From a virus: a DNA stretch of 64,000 nt. The DNA lies in IMG/VR virus record IMGVR_UViG_3300031414_000012, positions 1 to 64,000 of that record. One strand, given 5' to 3'. The translations under genes and the position numbers were made by a program. The notes under the pieces are model-generated. The model had not been told where the DNA came from. It searched no databases and was given only the letters and a program-made list of their open reading frames with translations. Numbering within the stretch: position 1 is the first letter of the stretch; the number at the start of each line of letters is the position of its first letter. This document shows, one piece after another, positions 46,444-55,816 of this stretch.

Positions 46444-46452
46444 AGGTGAGTT

Positions 46453-46887
46453 ATGACGGTTGAAGTCATTCCTGCCAGCGACAACGACGAGGTATTGGCT
46501 TATACTCAGAACCTACGCAGGCGTATAGTCACTAAACTGATTGGCGTGCATCCTGAGGATATGCCAGATGACCCTAAGGTAGTAGGTGCTATCAACCAGA
46601 CTCTGGATTCGATGGACCGTCAAGCCCTCGTCCTACGCCGTTTGGCACAAGACAAGAAACGTAACGACGATGATCGCTCAGCAGCTGTAATGATCGCACA
46701 GATCAACCAGATGACGGGCAAGGGTGAAAACCCATTCAGGATCGGTACAAACCCAGTTGAACCAAGCACTAATCCGGAACTCGCATACGAGCAAATCGCA
46801 ACGCGAGAGATTCTACCGGGTGAAGATCTCGTGGGTATCGAAGACGACTCCTACGATAAATTCATCGAGCGTTTGGAAAACGAATAA
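46453..46887 (+). CDS. Conserved hypothetical helical protein
   Basis: 144 aa, GAGGTG RBS. Confidence 0.75.
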   Translation: MTVEVIPASDNDEVLAYTQNLRRRIVTKLIGVHPEDMPDDPKVVGAINQTLDSMDRQALVLRRLAQDKKRNDDDRSAAVMIAQINQMTGKGENPFRIGTNPVEPSTNPELAYEQIATREILPGEDLVGIEDDSYDKFIERLENE

Positions 46888-46888
46888 G

Positions 46889-46928
46889 AGCATAGTAGGC
46901 TGGGGAAAACCCCAGCCTCTTTATGCCG
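46889..46928. terminator. Bidirectional terminator
   Basis: AGGCTGGGG-AAA-CCCCAGCCT followed by TTTATGCCG. Confidence 0.85.
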
Positions 46929-47639
46929 TCAGTGCGCCATTGAGAAGAATGACACTCGCTCAAATGACATGCCGATATAGTCCGCTAATGCAAACTCCAT
47001 ATAGGCAGTGGGGTGTGCAACTTTAAAGGCTGCCTTTACCGTATCGTCCGGCTTCTCAGGCAAACGCTCACCGCGCAGGATATCAGGCGCAACCATAGTT
47101 ACCCCCGGAGCTGCTTCGTTTCGGAAAGACCGTTCGTTAGCACATGCCCAATCTACCCAGTCGTAGATGACCACAGTATGGTAGTTCTTCGCCAGATAGT
47201 TAAGTGACATCGATTCGTATGGAACTCGAACCGGTGTTACCTTAACAACGCCACCCAGCTTAAACTCAACCAGGTCAGCCATCACCCGCGCTGTTTCTTT
47301 ATCCAGGTTATACGGATAAATATTCAGGTCTAACTCCAACGGACCGCTGCGTGTTGGGTTAATCATCGTGCTGTACTGATGGATGGCATTCTGTACGATG
47401 GGTAAGATGTTTGTCATCATCGAACTGCGTAACGTATATTCGTCACGGTTACGATAGGCGACGTTAAACAGCTCAGTGTCGATGCCAATAAACGGAAACT
47501 CATCCCGTGTGCGCAGCAGGTAATCTGGCGGGTTCATACCGACAACCGCTTCGGGGTCCAGAATGTTCAGGGTGCCAAGACGAGTGTCAATAACGGCATC
47601 CAGCAACAACATGACTTTGGTGACCGCTAATCCACTCAT
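46929..47639 (-). CDS. Conserved jumbo-phage protein
   Basis: 236 aa; LDAVIDTRLGTL and LNIYPYNL; in operon with the RNAP beta C-terminal gene. Confidence 0.75.
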   Translation of the reverse strand: MSGLAVTKVMLLLDAVIDTRLGTLNILDPEAVVGMNPPDYLLRTRDEFPFIGIDTELFNVAYRNRDEYTLRSSMMTNILPIVQNAIHQYSTMINPTRSGPLELDLNIYPYNLDKETARVMADLVEFKLGGVVKVTPVRVPYESMSLNYLAKNYHTVVIYDWVDWACANERSFRNEAAPGVTMVAPDILRGERLPEKPDDTVKAAFKVAHPTAYMEFALADYIGMSFERVSFFSMAH

Positions 47640-48181
47640 GCGTTTTGTGCCTCTTTCTGGGAATCCTTAGTACTCTGCGCAATGGCTAAACCAATCTCGT
47701 CAGGCTCAAGCTGTTCGAGCAGAAGGATAGGGATAACCCATGCGTTGCCGGCCAACAACTCACCGACTTCCTTTGCGCTACCAACCGCATCGAGATAGTC
47801 ATCGCCAATAACTGAAAGTTGGTCATCAAACTGAACTACGCTCTGGGTGATTGTCTCAAGGTAAGCCCGATAGTCAGTTTCATCTTCAAAGCAACGCTGA
47901 CGAACTTCGAAACATAGACCAAAGAGAAACTCACGCACGGGCGCTTTAGGAGCAATGTCATTCCAGACGGAGGCCAGGGTCTCTTTATTGAGCATCATCA
48001 CAGGCAGCGTGTTAAACTGCGTATCGATAATCCACTCTTGGATATCCTCGTACTGGTCGGGACGAACACGGGCGGTGGAGATCAGACGACGCTTAATGAT
48101 CTCACGAAATAAGACCCGCACTCGTTCAACACAACTCAGATTTGGATTAAGCGGATAAGGAACACTAGGGGTCTGGCTCAC
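47636..48181 (-). CDS. Conserved hypothetical protein
   Basis: 181 aa, GTG start, ATGA overlap with the downstream gene. Confidence 0.7.
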   Translation of the reverse strand: MSQTPSVPYPLNPNLSCVERVRVLFREIIKRRLISTARVRPDQYEDIQEWIIDTQFNTLPVMMLNKETLASVWNDIAPKAPVREFLFGLCFEVRQRCFEDETDYRAYLETITQSVVQFDDQLSVIGDDYLDAVGSAKEVGELLAGNAWVIPILLLEQLEPDEIGLAIAQSTKDSQKEAQNA

Positions 48182-48190
48182 GGTTACACC

Positions 48191-48862
48191 TTAAAGGTTG
48201 TTATCGAGCATCATGCTTTTCAGAATGATATTCAATGTGATTGTAGATTCCGGCCGAGAGTTCATTTGCAGAATCTCAGTCATGTTTGCCGTACCGGTTC
48301 GGGCGATTTGACGATTCATCTCAGCGAATGCGTCGAGGTCACCACCGCGCAGCTTAGCCAACTCCAGTCCAGTGTAGTTAAGACCTTTAGCATAAAAGAT
48401 CTGCCACTCCGGGTAACTCAAACTCGCGCCCTTAGAGACGCCAGTGGGCTGGCCGGTTAACTGGTTAATGTGGAGGTTGTCATCCGGTACGCTGGTTTTC
48501 TTAACACGGAGCTGCTGCTGTCTACGCAAAGGTAAATGGATAACCATATATTTCTTTGGTGTCAGCGTACAGTCACCGGTAACGGGGTCAGTCAACCAAA
48601 GTCGCTGATAGAATTCAATGCCCATCTTCTTACCGACTTCGATATTGCGTGTGGTATCCATCGCAACATCACGCAGTGGCGGTACAAAGATTCGAACATG
48701 AGCTTCGCCGGATTCAAGCTTTTGTATCCACGCGTCGAACTGCTCATCGGTCATACCAGCGAACAGATCTTTATATAACTTGGCGTTACCGCCACCGGGT
48801 AAGATTTCCTCTACCCATTTCAAAACCACTGCCTCGGCAGCAGCACGATTACCAAGTGCCAT
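48191..48862 (-). CDS. rpoB: Virion RNA polymerase beta-like subunit, C-terminal part (phiKZ gp149-like)
   Basis: 223 aa; LTGQPTG.SKG (beta C-terminal TQQP.GGK equivalent), RGGD, PES motifs. Confidence 0.85.
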   Translation of the reverse strand: MALGNRAAAEAVVLKWVEEILPGGGNAKLYKDLFAGMTDEQFDAWIQKLESGEAHVRIFVPPLRDVAMDTTRNIEVGKKMGIEFYQRLWLTDPVTGDCTLTPKKYMVIHLPLRRQQQLRVKKTSVPDDNLHINQLTGQPTGVSKGASLSYPEWQIFYAKGLNYTGLELAKLRGGDLDAFAEMNRQIARTGTANMTEILQMNSRPESTITLNIILKSMMLDNNL

Positions 48863-48942
48863 GATAGTTTCCTACTTGTGTTAGCTTCATACGATGCGTC
48901 ACAAAAAGAACGGAAGAGACGCCGAAGCGCTCTTCACATTCA

Positions 48943-49254
48943 TCAGAGATCACGAGGTACGTAGGCATCACGATAATCGTCACACCGGAACAAGATAGGA
49001 TAGCCGTCGCCCCGCCACGTCATATCGCGTATTTTATCGCGACCACCACAATAGTCACGCATCCATCGGATTTCACGAGTAGAGGGTCCAGACGTTGGGG
49101 TAAGCGTACCATTGGCTAGATTGATAATGTCTACTGCACGTTCACGATCAACCGGCTCTTTTAACCAGTCGGCAATAAAACACACATTAGCCACTATTGA
49201 TAAAAGAAGGCCAGCGATTAAGAAAATAATCGCATTGACTTTGCGCTCTTTCAT
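48943..49254 (-). CDS. Membrane-anchored hypothetical protein
   Basis: 103 aa, N-terminal TM helix. Confidence 0.65.
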   Translation of the reverse strand: MKERKVNAIIFLIAGLLLSIVANVCFIADWLKEPVDRERAVDIINLANGTLTPTSGPSTREIRWMRDYCGGRDKIRDMTWRGDGYPILFRCDDYRDAYVPRDL

Positions 49255-49255
49255 T

Positions 49256-49744
49256 CTACCCCTTTATCTTTATCTTGGATCTACTTGGATCACCTAAACG
49301 ACGATACTTAACCAGGCTCTGGATATTACGATCTTCGGCGTCTTCTGCACCTTCGATTCGAATTACCGTTGAGGGAATGCTTCGACGTTCGGCAGTATCG
49401 ATTGCATTACGTGTACCGCTAGAAACCCCATCCCAAACTGCGATCAGATTGTCTGCGTGTAGCAACATCGATGCGTTACGAACCATACCCGCCCGTCTAC
49501 CATTCGCCTCCCAGTTAGCAGGCCACCCAACACATTTCCACCCATTGCGTTTTGCGAAGATGCGAGCAAGACGATCAACGCCGAACTTAGCTTCCCCTTG
49601 CAACAGGATGGTATCTGCCTTAGAGCGATCCTTAAGGCAGGCAGTCATATGTCTGGAGAATTCCCAGTAACTACGAATAGTTCGAGACCCAGAAATAACA
49701 TACACATCGCCACCGGTTAACTGCCAGGGTTTAGCTATAGACAT
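49256..49744 (-). CDS. SLOG superfamily protein (YspA/DUF2493-like)
   Basis: ISGSR, GEAKFGVDRLA, PANW, AGMVRN, WDGVSSGTRN motifs. Confidence 0.85.
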   Translation of the reverse strand: MSIAKPWQLTGGDVYVISGSRTIRSYWEFSRHMTACLKDRSKADTILLQGEAKFGVDRLARIFAKRNGWKCVGWPANWEANGRRAGMVRNASMLLHADNLIAVWDGVSSGTRNAIDTAERRSIPSTVIRIEGAEDAEDRNIQSLVKYRRLGDPSRSKIKIKG

Positions 49745-50208
49745 TCAGCCACCCCTTTCAGGACTCTCCGTATAGCAACATCCGTACCTTGGATCTGATC
49801 GATGGTTAATACACTGAAGTCAGCCCGAACATTGGTGTACCAGATTGACATGGTCAAATCAGCCAGCGTTCTGGTAGATGGATCTGAAAGCAAATCCAAC
49901 ACGCGTGCACGTTTATTACCAGTCAACCATTCCAATGGATCAGCCAATGCTTGTTCGTCCACAGGGACCGCTGACATTAGTCTAACCACACCATCTGCTT
50001 CATTGGCGTGGAGCACGGCGTCCAGGCTGTCACCAAAGAACATATAGTGACTGAACTCATGTCTCCACAACTTGCACAGGGTTTCATTATCTAACTTACG
50101 AAAGATTTCAACGGTGCGAAGGAATGAAAGGTTGGTGGGGTCGTCGTACGTAAGACGGATAGTCTTTTTGATTTGACTGCGTAGCAACAGTCGCTGTACG
50201 TAATTCAT
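49735..50208 (-). CDS. Hypothetical protein
   Basis: 157 aa, overlapping operon. Confidence 0.65.
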   Translation of the reverse strand: MNYVQRLLLRSQIKKTIRLTYDDPTNLSFLRTVEIFRKLDNETLCKLWRHEFSHYMFFGDSLDAVLHANEADGVVRLMSAVPVDEQALADPLEWLTGNKRARVLDLLSDPSTRTLADLTMSIWYTNVRADFSVLTIDQIQGTDVAIRRVLKGVAECL

Positions 50209-50582
50209 TTAGCTTTCCTTAAATAGTCAATGTAATCCCTAAAGATCACATCACGCTCGGGGTAGCTCAGACCGTTGATATAGATGATCAGATTCCCCAC
50301 TGCCACTGCCCTTGCTCTGACGGTAGACGCTTTCTTCCATTCCGTGTAAAGTACCCACAAGTTCTTGGAGACAATGCGGCGTTGACTGTACCTACGATAC
50401 AGCAGCCTAAAGTGCATCTCCACCCACTCGTTGATGTAGATGTTGAACATCAGGGCATGTCCATTAGAGGCGTGGTCTACAAACTCTACGGCAGCATCGA
50501 TCGTATCACTCACAACTGAGTGCCGTAAGGTTTTCTGAAGCTGTCGGTACCGCCACTTAGTAACTAAATGGCTAAACCACAC
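50205..50582 (-). CDS. Hypothetical protein
   Basis: 125 aa, GGAGG RBS, GTG start. Confidence 0.65.
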   Translation of the reverse strand: MWFSHLVTKWRYRQLQKTLRHSVVSDTIDAAVEFVDHASNGHALMFNIYINEWVEMHFRLLYRRYSQRRIVSKNLWVLYTEWKKASTVRARAVAVGNLIIYINGLSYPERDVIFRDYIDYLRKAK

Positions 50583-50590
50583 ACCGCCTC

Positions 50591-51058
50591 CTATTTAATG
50601 GCCCTGTGGTTAACAACGATGTCGCAAAGAGTCAGGATATCGATAATAAGCTCCTGTCTGGCATTGTGCCACTTCTCACGACGTTCCTTGTTGGAAATGT
50701 ACCGGCCGGGACTCGGCTGCGTTAGAACGCGTCTGAGAGCGTCTACGTCGTCATTGCCAAAATTGCCAAGACACCAGTCGAATACACGGCGGGATGCCAA
50801 GTCCGGGTACGCATTAGAAGCTGCATGCTCTGGTTGTGAATACAACACACGAGCGCGCTCTACTAACTGACGAGTGGACTTCGTGTATGTTTTAATGAAA
50901 GTATGCTTTGCTGGTAAATGTTCGCCAGTTTTGGTTGCATACATCACTTCCAGACGGTCGAGAATACCTACTGCAAGTTCAGGACTATTGGCGGCATGAA
51001 TCAGGCCCAGAAGGGCCTGAAGATAGCCGTCTACAACAACAGCTTTTAATTTGTTCAC
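50591..51058 (-). CDS. Hypothetical protein
   Basis: 155 aa, coupled to the stop of the recombinase gene. Confidence 0.65.
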   Translation of the reverse strand: MNKLKAVVVDGYLQALLGLIHAANSPELAVGILDRLEVMYATKTGEHLPAKHTFIKTYTKSTRQLVERARVLYSQPEHAASNAYPDLASRRVFDWCLGNFGNDDVDALRRVLTQPSPGRYISNKERREKWHNARQELIIDILTLCDIVVNHRAIK

Positions 51059-52500
51059 TATTTCATCCAGTAAGGTTTGTAATAGTCCGGGTCATCTTTA
51101 GGCAGACGCATGCGCAGGACGTCCATGGTGGAAAGCTCAGGACGGCGATCGCCTTCGTCTTCTGTGTAGCACCAGTGCTTACTGGTCTCTAACAGCACAT
51201 CCCAATCATAGCCAGCTGCTTTGATGTCGGTGTACAGTTGATCCATTGTGCAATAGTACTTAGACTCCAGACGATGGTGCGAGTTGTGCAGCAACTGATG
51301 TACTTCACATGTGATTTCCATCGCACGGTTCAGTTTATAATCAGCATCACACAAACGACGCACGGTGGTACGTTGCAGTTTAACGTCAGGGTAGATCTCG
51401 CAGAAGTAACCCTTATCGTGTCCACCCATGCCCCAGCCTGGAGAGCTGCTGCTGTCTTTGTTCTGACGGAGATAACGCAGGAAGGTCAGACCTTCTTTAA
51501 CACCTTCAGACTGAGACACAACCACATCGAACGTACCACCGGTTTTACCTTGCTTATTACGCAGGTACTGAACCGTGATCGCTTGCAGGTCGGTATCGCC
51601 TTTGATGTTATCGTTAGCATCGCGTGGGAACTCAGGTGCCTTAGTTGTCTGGTTAATAAGAATTTCCAGGCTACGGCAATACAGCAGCACATCGGTCAGG
51701 AAGGTAAACTTCTCAGGAGTAGCTTTAAACTTAATGTTACCCTTCATGAAGCTCAGCTTCTTCTTATCACCGGCGTACTTGTCCATGATGATTTCATCAC
51801 CAACGTGAGCAGTGATGATCATGTACAGACCACCTGAACCAGTCAGGTATGGCATCTGCAACAGCATCTGGTTCTTAGCCATACTGCTTCGCATTGCTTC
51901 GGCGTTCAGCTCCGAGTCACCTACTTCGGCTTTGTCGTAAAGCTTGGAGACTTCTTCGATGGTCATCTGTGAGATGCCGTCAAGTTCTCCAATGGTCGGA
52001 AGCATGGCTTTAATCGGATTGCCTGACGCATCAAGGAATGGCGTTTCACGAGTGTACGCTTTGCTGTCTTTGATTTTCATCGAGACGAGTGCACGTAACT
52101 GATCGAACCATTTAGAGCCGAACATGACAGTCAGGTCACTAAAGCTCAGACGACCTTCACGAACCAGGTCCAGGCCGGCGATTTCTTCAAAGCCTTGTGC
52201 CAGTGTACAATAACGCATCGGACTACCGGAACCTTCGGTGTCGTGCGCAACCAGGATACTACGGATGTATTTCGCTAAAGCTGACAGGGCATAGTGGTGC
52301 GAGATCGTAGATTTGTACATGTTACCACGACCGCCCACGCCTGTAATCTTCGGCAGACCGCCATTGACGATACTGTTGCCTCGCTTACCACGATAGATAA
52401 CCCCAGTTGGGATATCTAACAGGCAGCCGACGTTCAGCCATGGACGGACGTCCGGTGCCTTTTCGAAAAGGGCAAGTAAGGGATTCTCAGCGTTTGACAT
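51058..52500 (-). CDS. uvsX: UvsX/RecA-like recombinase (phiKZ gp152-like)
   Basis: 480 aa; Walker A-like GGRGNMYKST, DTEGS, Walker B-like GELDG, LRNKQG. Confidence 0.8.
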   Translation of the reverse strand: MSNAENPLLALFEKAPDVRPWLNVGCLLDIPTGVIYRGKRGNSIVNGGLPKITGVGGRGNMYKSTISHHYALSALAKYIRSILVAHDTEGSGSPMRYCTLAQGFEEIAGLDLVREGRLSFSDLTVMFGSKWFDQLRALVSMKIKDSKAYTRETPFLDASGNPIKAMLPTIGELDGISQMTIEEVSKLYDKAEVGDSELNAEAMRSSMAKNQMLLQMPYLTGSGGLYMIITAHVGDEIIMDKYAGDKKKLSFMKGNIKFKATPEKFTFLTDVLLYCRSLEILINQTTKAPEFPRDANDNIKGDTDLQAITVQYLRNKQGKTGGTFDVVVSQSEGVKEGLTFLRYLRQNKDSSSSPGWGMGGHDKGYFCEIYPDVKLQRTTVRRLCDADYKLNRAMEITCEVHQLLHNSHHRLESKYYCTMDQLYTDIKAAGYDWDVLLETSKHWCYTEDEGDRRPELSTMDVLRMRLPKDDPDYYKPYWMK

Positions 52501-52567
52501 TCAAACAACTCCTCGTTGTTAATCATTTCTATGAAGCGCAACGTTCTGCTCATAAAAAGGTAATAGC

Positions 52568-53380
52568 ATGTTAAAAAGTATAGAACTCCAGAAAAACGTC
52601 ATTACGGTAGAATCGTTGGCGTTGTTTCGTCCTAACCAGAAAACGCTAGACCGTCTGGGTGGCTTTTTCACGGATGCCAGTGACGCTATCCGCAAACTAT
52701 TGGGGAACATTACCGGGGCTAATGTCGCGGTAACTGTCGATGGTCGTAAATTCCTTCCATTGATCCAAAAAGCGGACTACACATCCATGTCTGCACTGCG
52801 TGTCCCGTTCCCAAAAGAGTTTGGTGTGGACTACGGCACGATCGTACAGATCATGCAGGAAGTCAATGGTGCACCGGAATCACTGTATCGTGATTTCCTT
52901 CAGCCATTCAGTCAGTGGATCGCTATCACACTGAACGACCCAACCAAGATGGAAAGCATTAACCAGTTCGTTAATGTCGACGTAGATCGCTCTAAGATCG
53001 CCCGTGCGCATCTGGCGAAAATCACCAAGGGTGGTAGTCAGTCCGAAGTACGTTACTCTCGTGCTGTCCGTAGTAATAAAGCGTGGGAGCCTATTCTGGA
53101 TGGCATTAACCAGATTGCTGCACAGAATGCTAACGTCACTATCGATGACGTGCGTGTCAAGGTTAAAGAAATCGATGACATGCTCCAGATTCTGATCGGT
53201 AAGATGAACGAACCCTCGTTCGAATATCGTCCGTCTGGCGCATTCGTAGAGCGCCTGGTAAACCTGACCTATGCAATGGCCGCAGAGATTGAACTGTACG
53301 CTGAGTATCAGTACCTGTTTGGTTCTCTGGTTGAAGCGGTACGCGCTGACGTAGCCCTGCTGACTAAACATCTTAGCTAA
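52568..53380 (+). CDS. Virion (head) protein (phiKZ gp153-like)
   Basis: 270 aa, divergent from the recombinase; assignment by synteny. Confidence 0.65.
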   Translation: MLKSIELQKNVITVESLALFRPNQKTLDRLGGFFTDASDAIRKLLGNITGANVAVTVDGRKFLPLIQKADYTSMSALRVPFPKEFGVDYGTIVQIMQEVNGAPESLYRDFLQPFSQWIAITLNDPTKMESINQFVNVDVDRSKIARAHLAKITKGGSQSEVRYSRAVRSNKAWEPILDGINQIAAQNANVTIDDVRVKVKEIDDMLQILIGKMNEPSFEYRPSGAFVERLVNLTYAMAAEIELYAEYQYLFGSLVEAVRADVALLTKHLS

Positions 53381-53383
53381 GGC

Positions 53384-53431
53384 ACATAAAGCCCCTCCAG
53401 ACGCCCTTAGGTGTCTGGAGGGTTTATGCCG
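53384..53431. terminator. Bidirectional terminator
   Basis: CCCTCCAGACGCC-CTTA-GGTGTCTGGAGGG followed by TTTATGCCG. Confidence 0.85.
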
Positions 53432-53439
53432 TTCTGTCT

Positions 53440-53832
53440 TTACAAAGCCATCCGTAGAACGCGCAGGATGTCTTCTCGCATTTGTGTGACTGACCCGTAA
53501 CGAAGTGAAGCTGGCGTTTTGGATACGATGTCCATAGCCAGTTGGTAGAGCGGACCCCTTTCGGATGGGATGCTGATATGATGTTCAATAGTGCGTCCCC
53601 GTACGAGCATGGCGAAACGAGTAGGCAGTCTTAAAGCCTCACTGTCACGACAAAACGAGAACTCACGATTCAAACGTTCTAATGCAACGGTCTCATCAAA
53701 CGAGTCCGAAGCAATATAGCCAAACAAGCACGAAAGCGCTATCATCCGCTTGATGCGGTTGGGTAGCACTTTGCAGAACACACAACCCGCCGTAAAGGTG
53801 GGTATCTCGTGGTGCCATAATGTCATGGCCAT
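53440..53832 (-). CDS. Hypothetical protein (start MAMTLW)
   Basis: AAGGAG RBS before ATG at 53832. Confidence 0.65.
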   Translation of the reverse strand: MAMTLWHHEIPTFTAGCVFCKVLPNRIKRMIALSCLFGYIASDSFDETVALERLNREFSFCRDSEALRLPTRFAMLVRGRTIEHHISIPSERGPLYQLAMDIVSKTPASLRYGSVTQMREDILRVLRMAL

Positions 53833-53836
53833 ACGA

Positions 53837-55300
53837 CTACTCCTTTGGAATAACACGGTAGTTAGCCGGGTACCCCATCCAAATCGTCGCGTCTTCGCCT
53901 GCAACCACCACAGTGGCGAAGTAAAGGCTATTAGGATCATTTGACCAGCTCAACACGGTGACCTTCGGATCTTTCGATGCGAGGTGTGACAGAGTGTTAC
54001 GGCGTGGCAGGTCTTGACCCAATACAATACGAGTAGACAATGTACCAATCGACCCGTCTGCTTTCTTATAGTCGAGTGAAACAGGGATTGTCTTAGCAGC
54101 AGAATCAATCTCCTTCTTCAACTTAGAAGCAGTCTTACCTTTCTTCTCCTCGATATCATACAGACTATCGGTGATTTCACGAGCATGAACGTCTTTCAGC
54201 TTACCGGCTAAGAATTCAGTCAGTAACTTTTCAGCTTTCATGAGCGTATCGATTGCGTTCAACGCAAGTCTCGGTTTGGTGAGTTCCCGAGTGAGTAATT
54301 GGTCGCCACCATACATCAGGTCGTTTGTACCTGGGCATGGGTCCAACCACCGAGTACCATTTACAAAGATAGAACCATAGACACGCGAGTTGAGGATGTT
54401 ATCCAAATGCCCGATAACCATCTCGCTGTAGTTATCAGAGTTGAGTTTGTATTGCGCCTGACGAATACTTTCCAGTACAGGGTCGGCTTCCTTTAAGAAG
54501 CTTACGCAGTACGTTGAGTCCGCCATGGGCTTAGCAAACAGTTCGTCATCTTTACCATGTGCGCCACCATAGTAAACAAAGCGACCATCTGGTGCCTGAT
54601 GTGTTTCGTCACTGTCATTGGTAAAGTACCAACGAGGAGTAGACAACATTTTATTCACACCTGGAACTTTGACAGTCTCTCCACGTTCTACCGGAGGAGC
54701 ATCAGTAAACTTAACGGTCCGCGATGCCTTAGCCAGCATAGCGAGCTGTTTCCCCTGAGTCGCGAGTTGGTCAGCACGTTGGTTACCAGGATCGTCGCCG
54801 TGTCCCTTAATCCAACGCCAGTCAACTTTCACGTCGTCACGAGCGAATTCAGATTTGAACTGATAGATAGACTCCCATTGCGATTGGTTTGCAACAGGCT
54901 CATGGTTTGCGGTTTGCCATCCGTTCTGACGCCACTTATCCAAATTATCCAGATAGTTCTTGCGCACGTACTCGGAATCCGGACGCATTAAAACGTCTTT
55001 CCATCCGTGTTCGCGAACAATCTCAAAGGCAAGGATTGCTGCACCTAATTCTGCGATGTTGTTTGTCACAGGCATAGGGTAGCTCACCAGCCCCTCGAAG
55101 TACTGAATCGGCTGTACCCATTTCGCGTCAGCCGGTACGTTCTTAACTGAATAATATCCTTTGTCGGTTGGGTGGTAGGAATCATCGTTTGGACCTTCAA
55201 CAACTTCGCTGAAAGTATAACCGAATAATCCACTACCACCTGGTCCGCGTGGCGGTTCAGCACCACCGTCCGTGTAAATGACTACTTTGATTCCAGACAT
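53837..55300 (-). CDS. rnhA: Ribonuclease HI with long C-terminal extension
   Basis: IYTDGG, TNNIAEL, DSEY, WIKGH, GNQRADQLA catalytic motifs. Confidence 0.92.
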   Translation of the reverse strand: MSGIKVVIYTDGGAEPPRGPGGSGLFGYTFSEVVEGPNDDSYHPTDKGYYSVKNVPADAKWVQPIQYFEGLVSYPMPVTNNIAELGAAILAFEIVREHGWKDVLMRPDSEYVRKNYLDNLDKWRQNGWQTANHEPVANQSQWESIYQFKSEFARDDVKVDWRWIKGHGDDPGNQRADQLATQGKQLAMLAKASRTVKFTDAPPVERGETVKVPGVNKMLSTPRWYFTNDSDETHQAPDGRFVYYGGAHGKDDELFAKPMADSTYCVSFLKEADPVLESIRQAQYKLNSDNYSEMVIGHLDNILNSRVYGSIFVNGTRWLDPCPGTNDLMYGGDQLLTRELTKPRLALNAIDTLMKAEKLLTEFLAGKLKDVHAREITDSLYDIEEKKGKTASKLKKEIDSAAKTIPVSLDYKKADGSIGTLSTRIVLGQDLPRRNTLSHLASKDPKVTVLSWSNDPNSLYFATVVVAGEDATIWMGYPANYRVIPKE

Positions 55301-55380
55301 TACAGTGCTCCGTTTTAGACTGTGTTACTTCTACAGACCATTCGTATGCCCTGTAAGATTTTATTTATACTCGACCTGTC

Positions 55381-55758
55381 TTATGGTTTCTGTCTTTTGT
55401 CCTCGGGTTGCAAAAAATCCAATCTGGCATTTGCAGCAGAGAGATCTCGACCGAGCGCTACGTTAGCCTTTTTGATTTCGGCATTCTCTGCTTCAAGAGC
55501 CTTAATACGATCCGAGTCCATTCTTGCTCCCTGTTTGAGCGAAGCGTTTTCCAACATGTAACCTTGATTTGCGGTGTATAGAGTTTTGATTACATCATAA
55601 CTCACAGCCCCAGCCAGAGCGATAATGATCAAAAAGACTGCAATATATTTAAAGACAGGGGATTTTTGTTTTCCGCCTCTCGGCCTGCTGTTGCCTCCGA
55701 AGAGTTCTTTCAGGAAAGGCCAAAGGGTCGGTACTAGCTTTATTAATAAGCCGAGCAT
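55381..55758 (-). CDS. Membrane protein with coiled coil
   Basis: 125 aa; TM IAVFLIIIALAGAV then heptad region. Confidence 0.7.
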   Translation of the reverse strand: MLGLLIKLVPTLWPFLKELFGGNSRPRGGKQKSPVFKYIAVFLIIIALAGAVSYDVIKTLYTANQGYMLENASLKQGARMDSDRIKALEAENAEIKKANVALGRDLSAANARLDFLQPEDKRQKP

Positions 55759-55816
55759 CGATTGACCCCTAAATATTATGTTGTACTATTATCCCTAACG
55801 AGCGAGGATTACCACG

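Noticed and set aside
55381-55758. i-spanin or holin call
   Set aside because: TM plus coiled coil is compatible, but no overlapping o-spanin lipoprotein or adjacent endolysin was found
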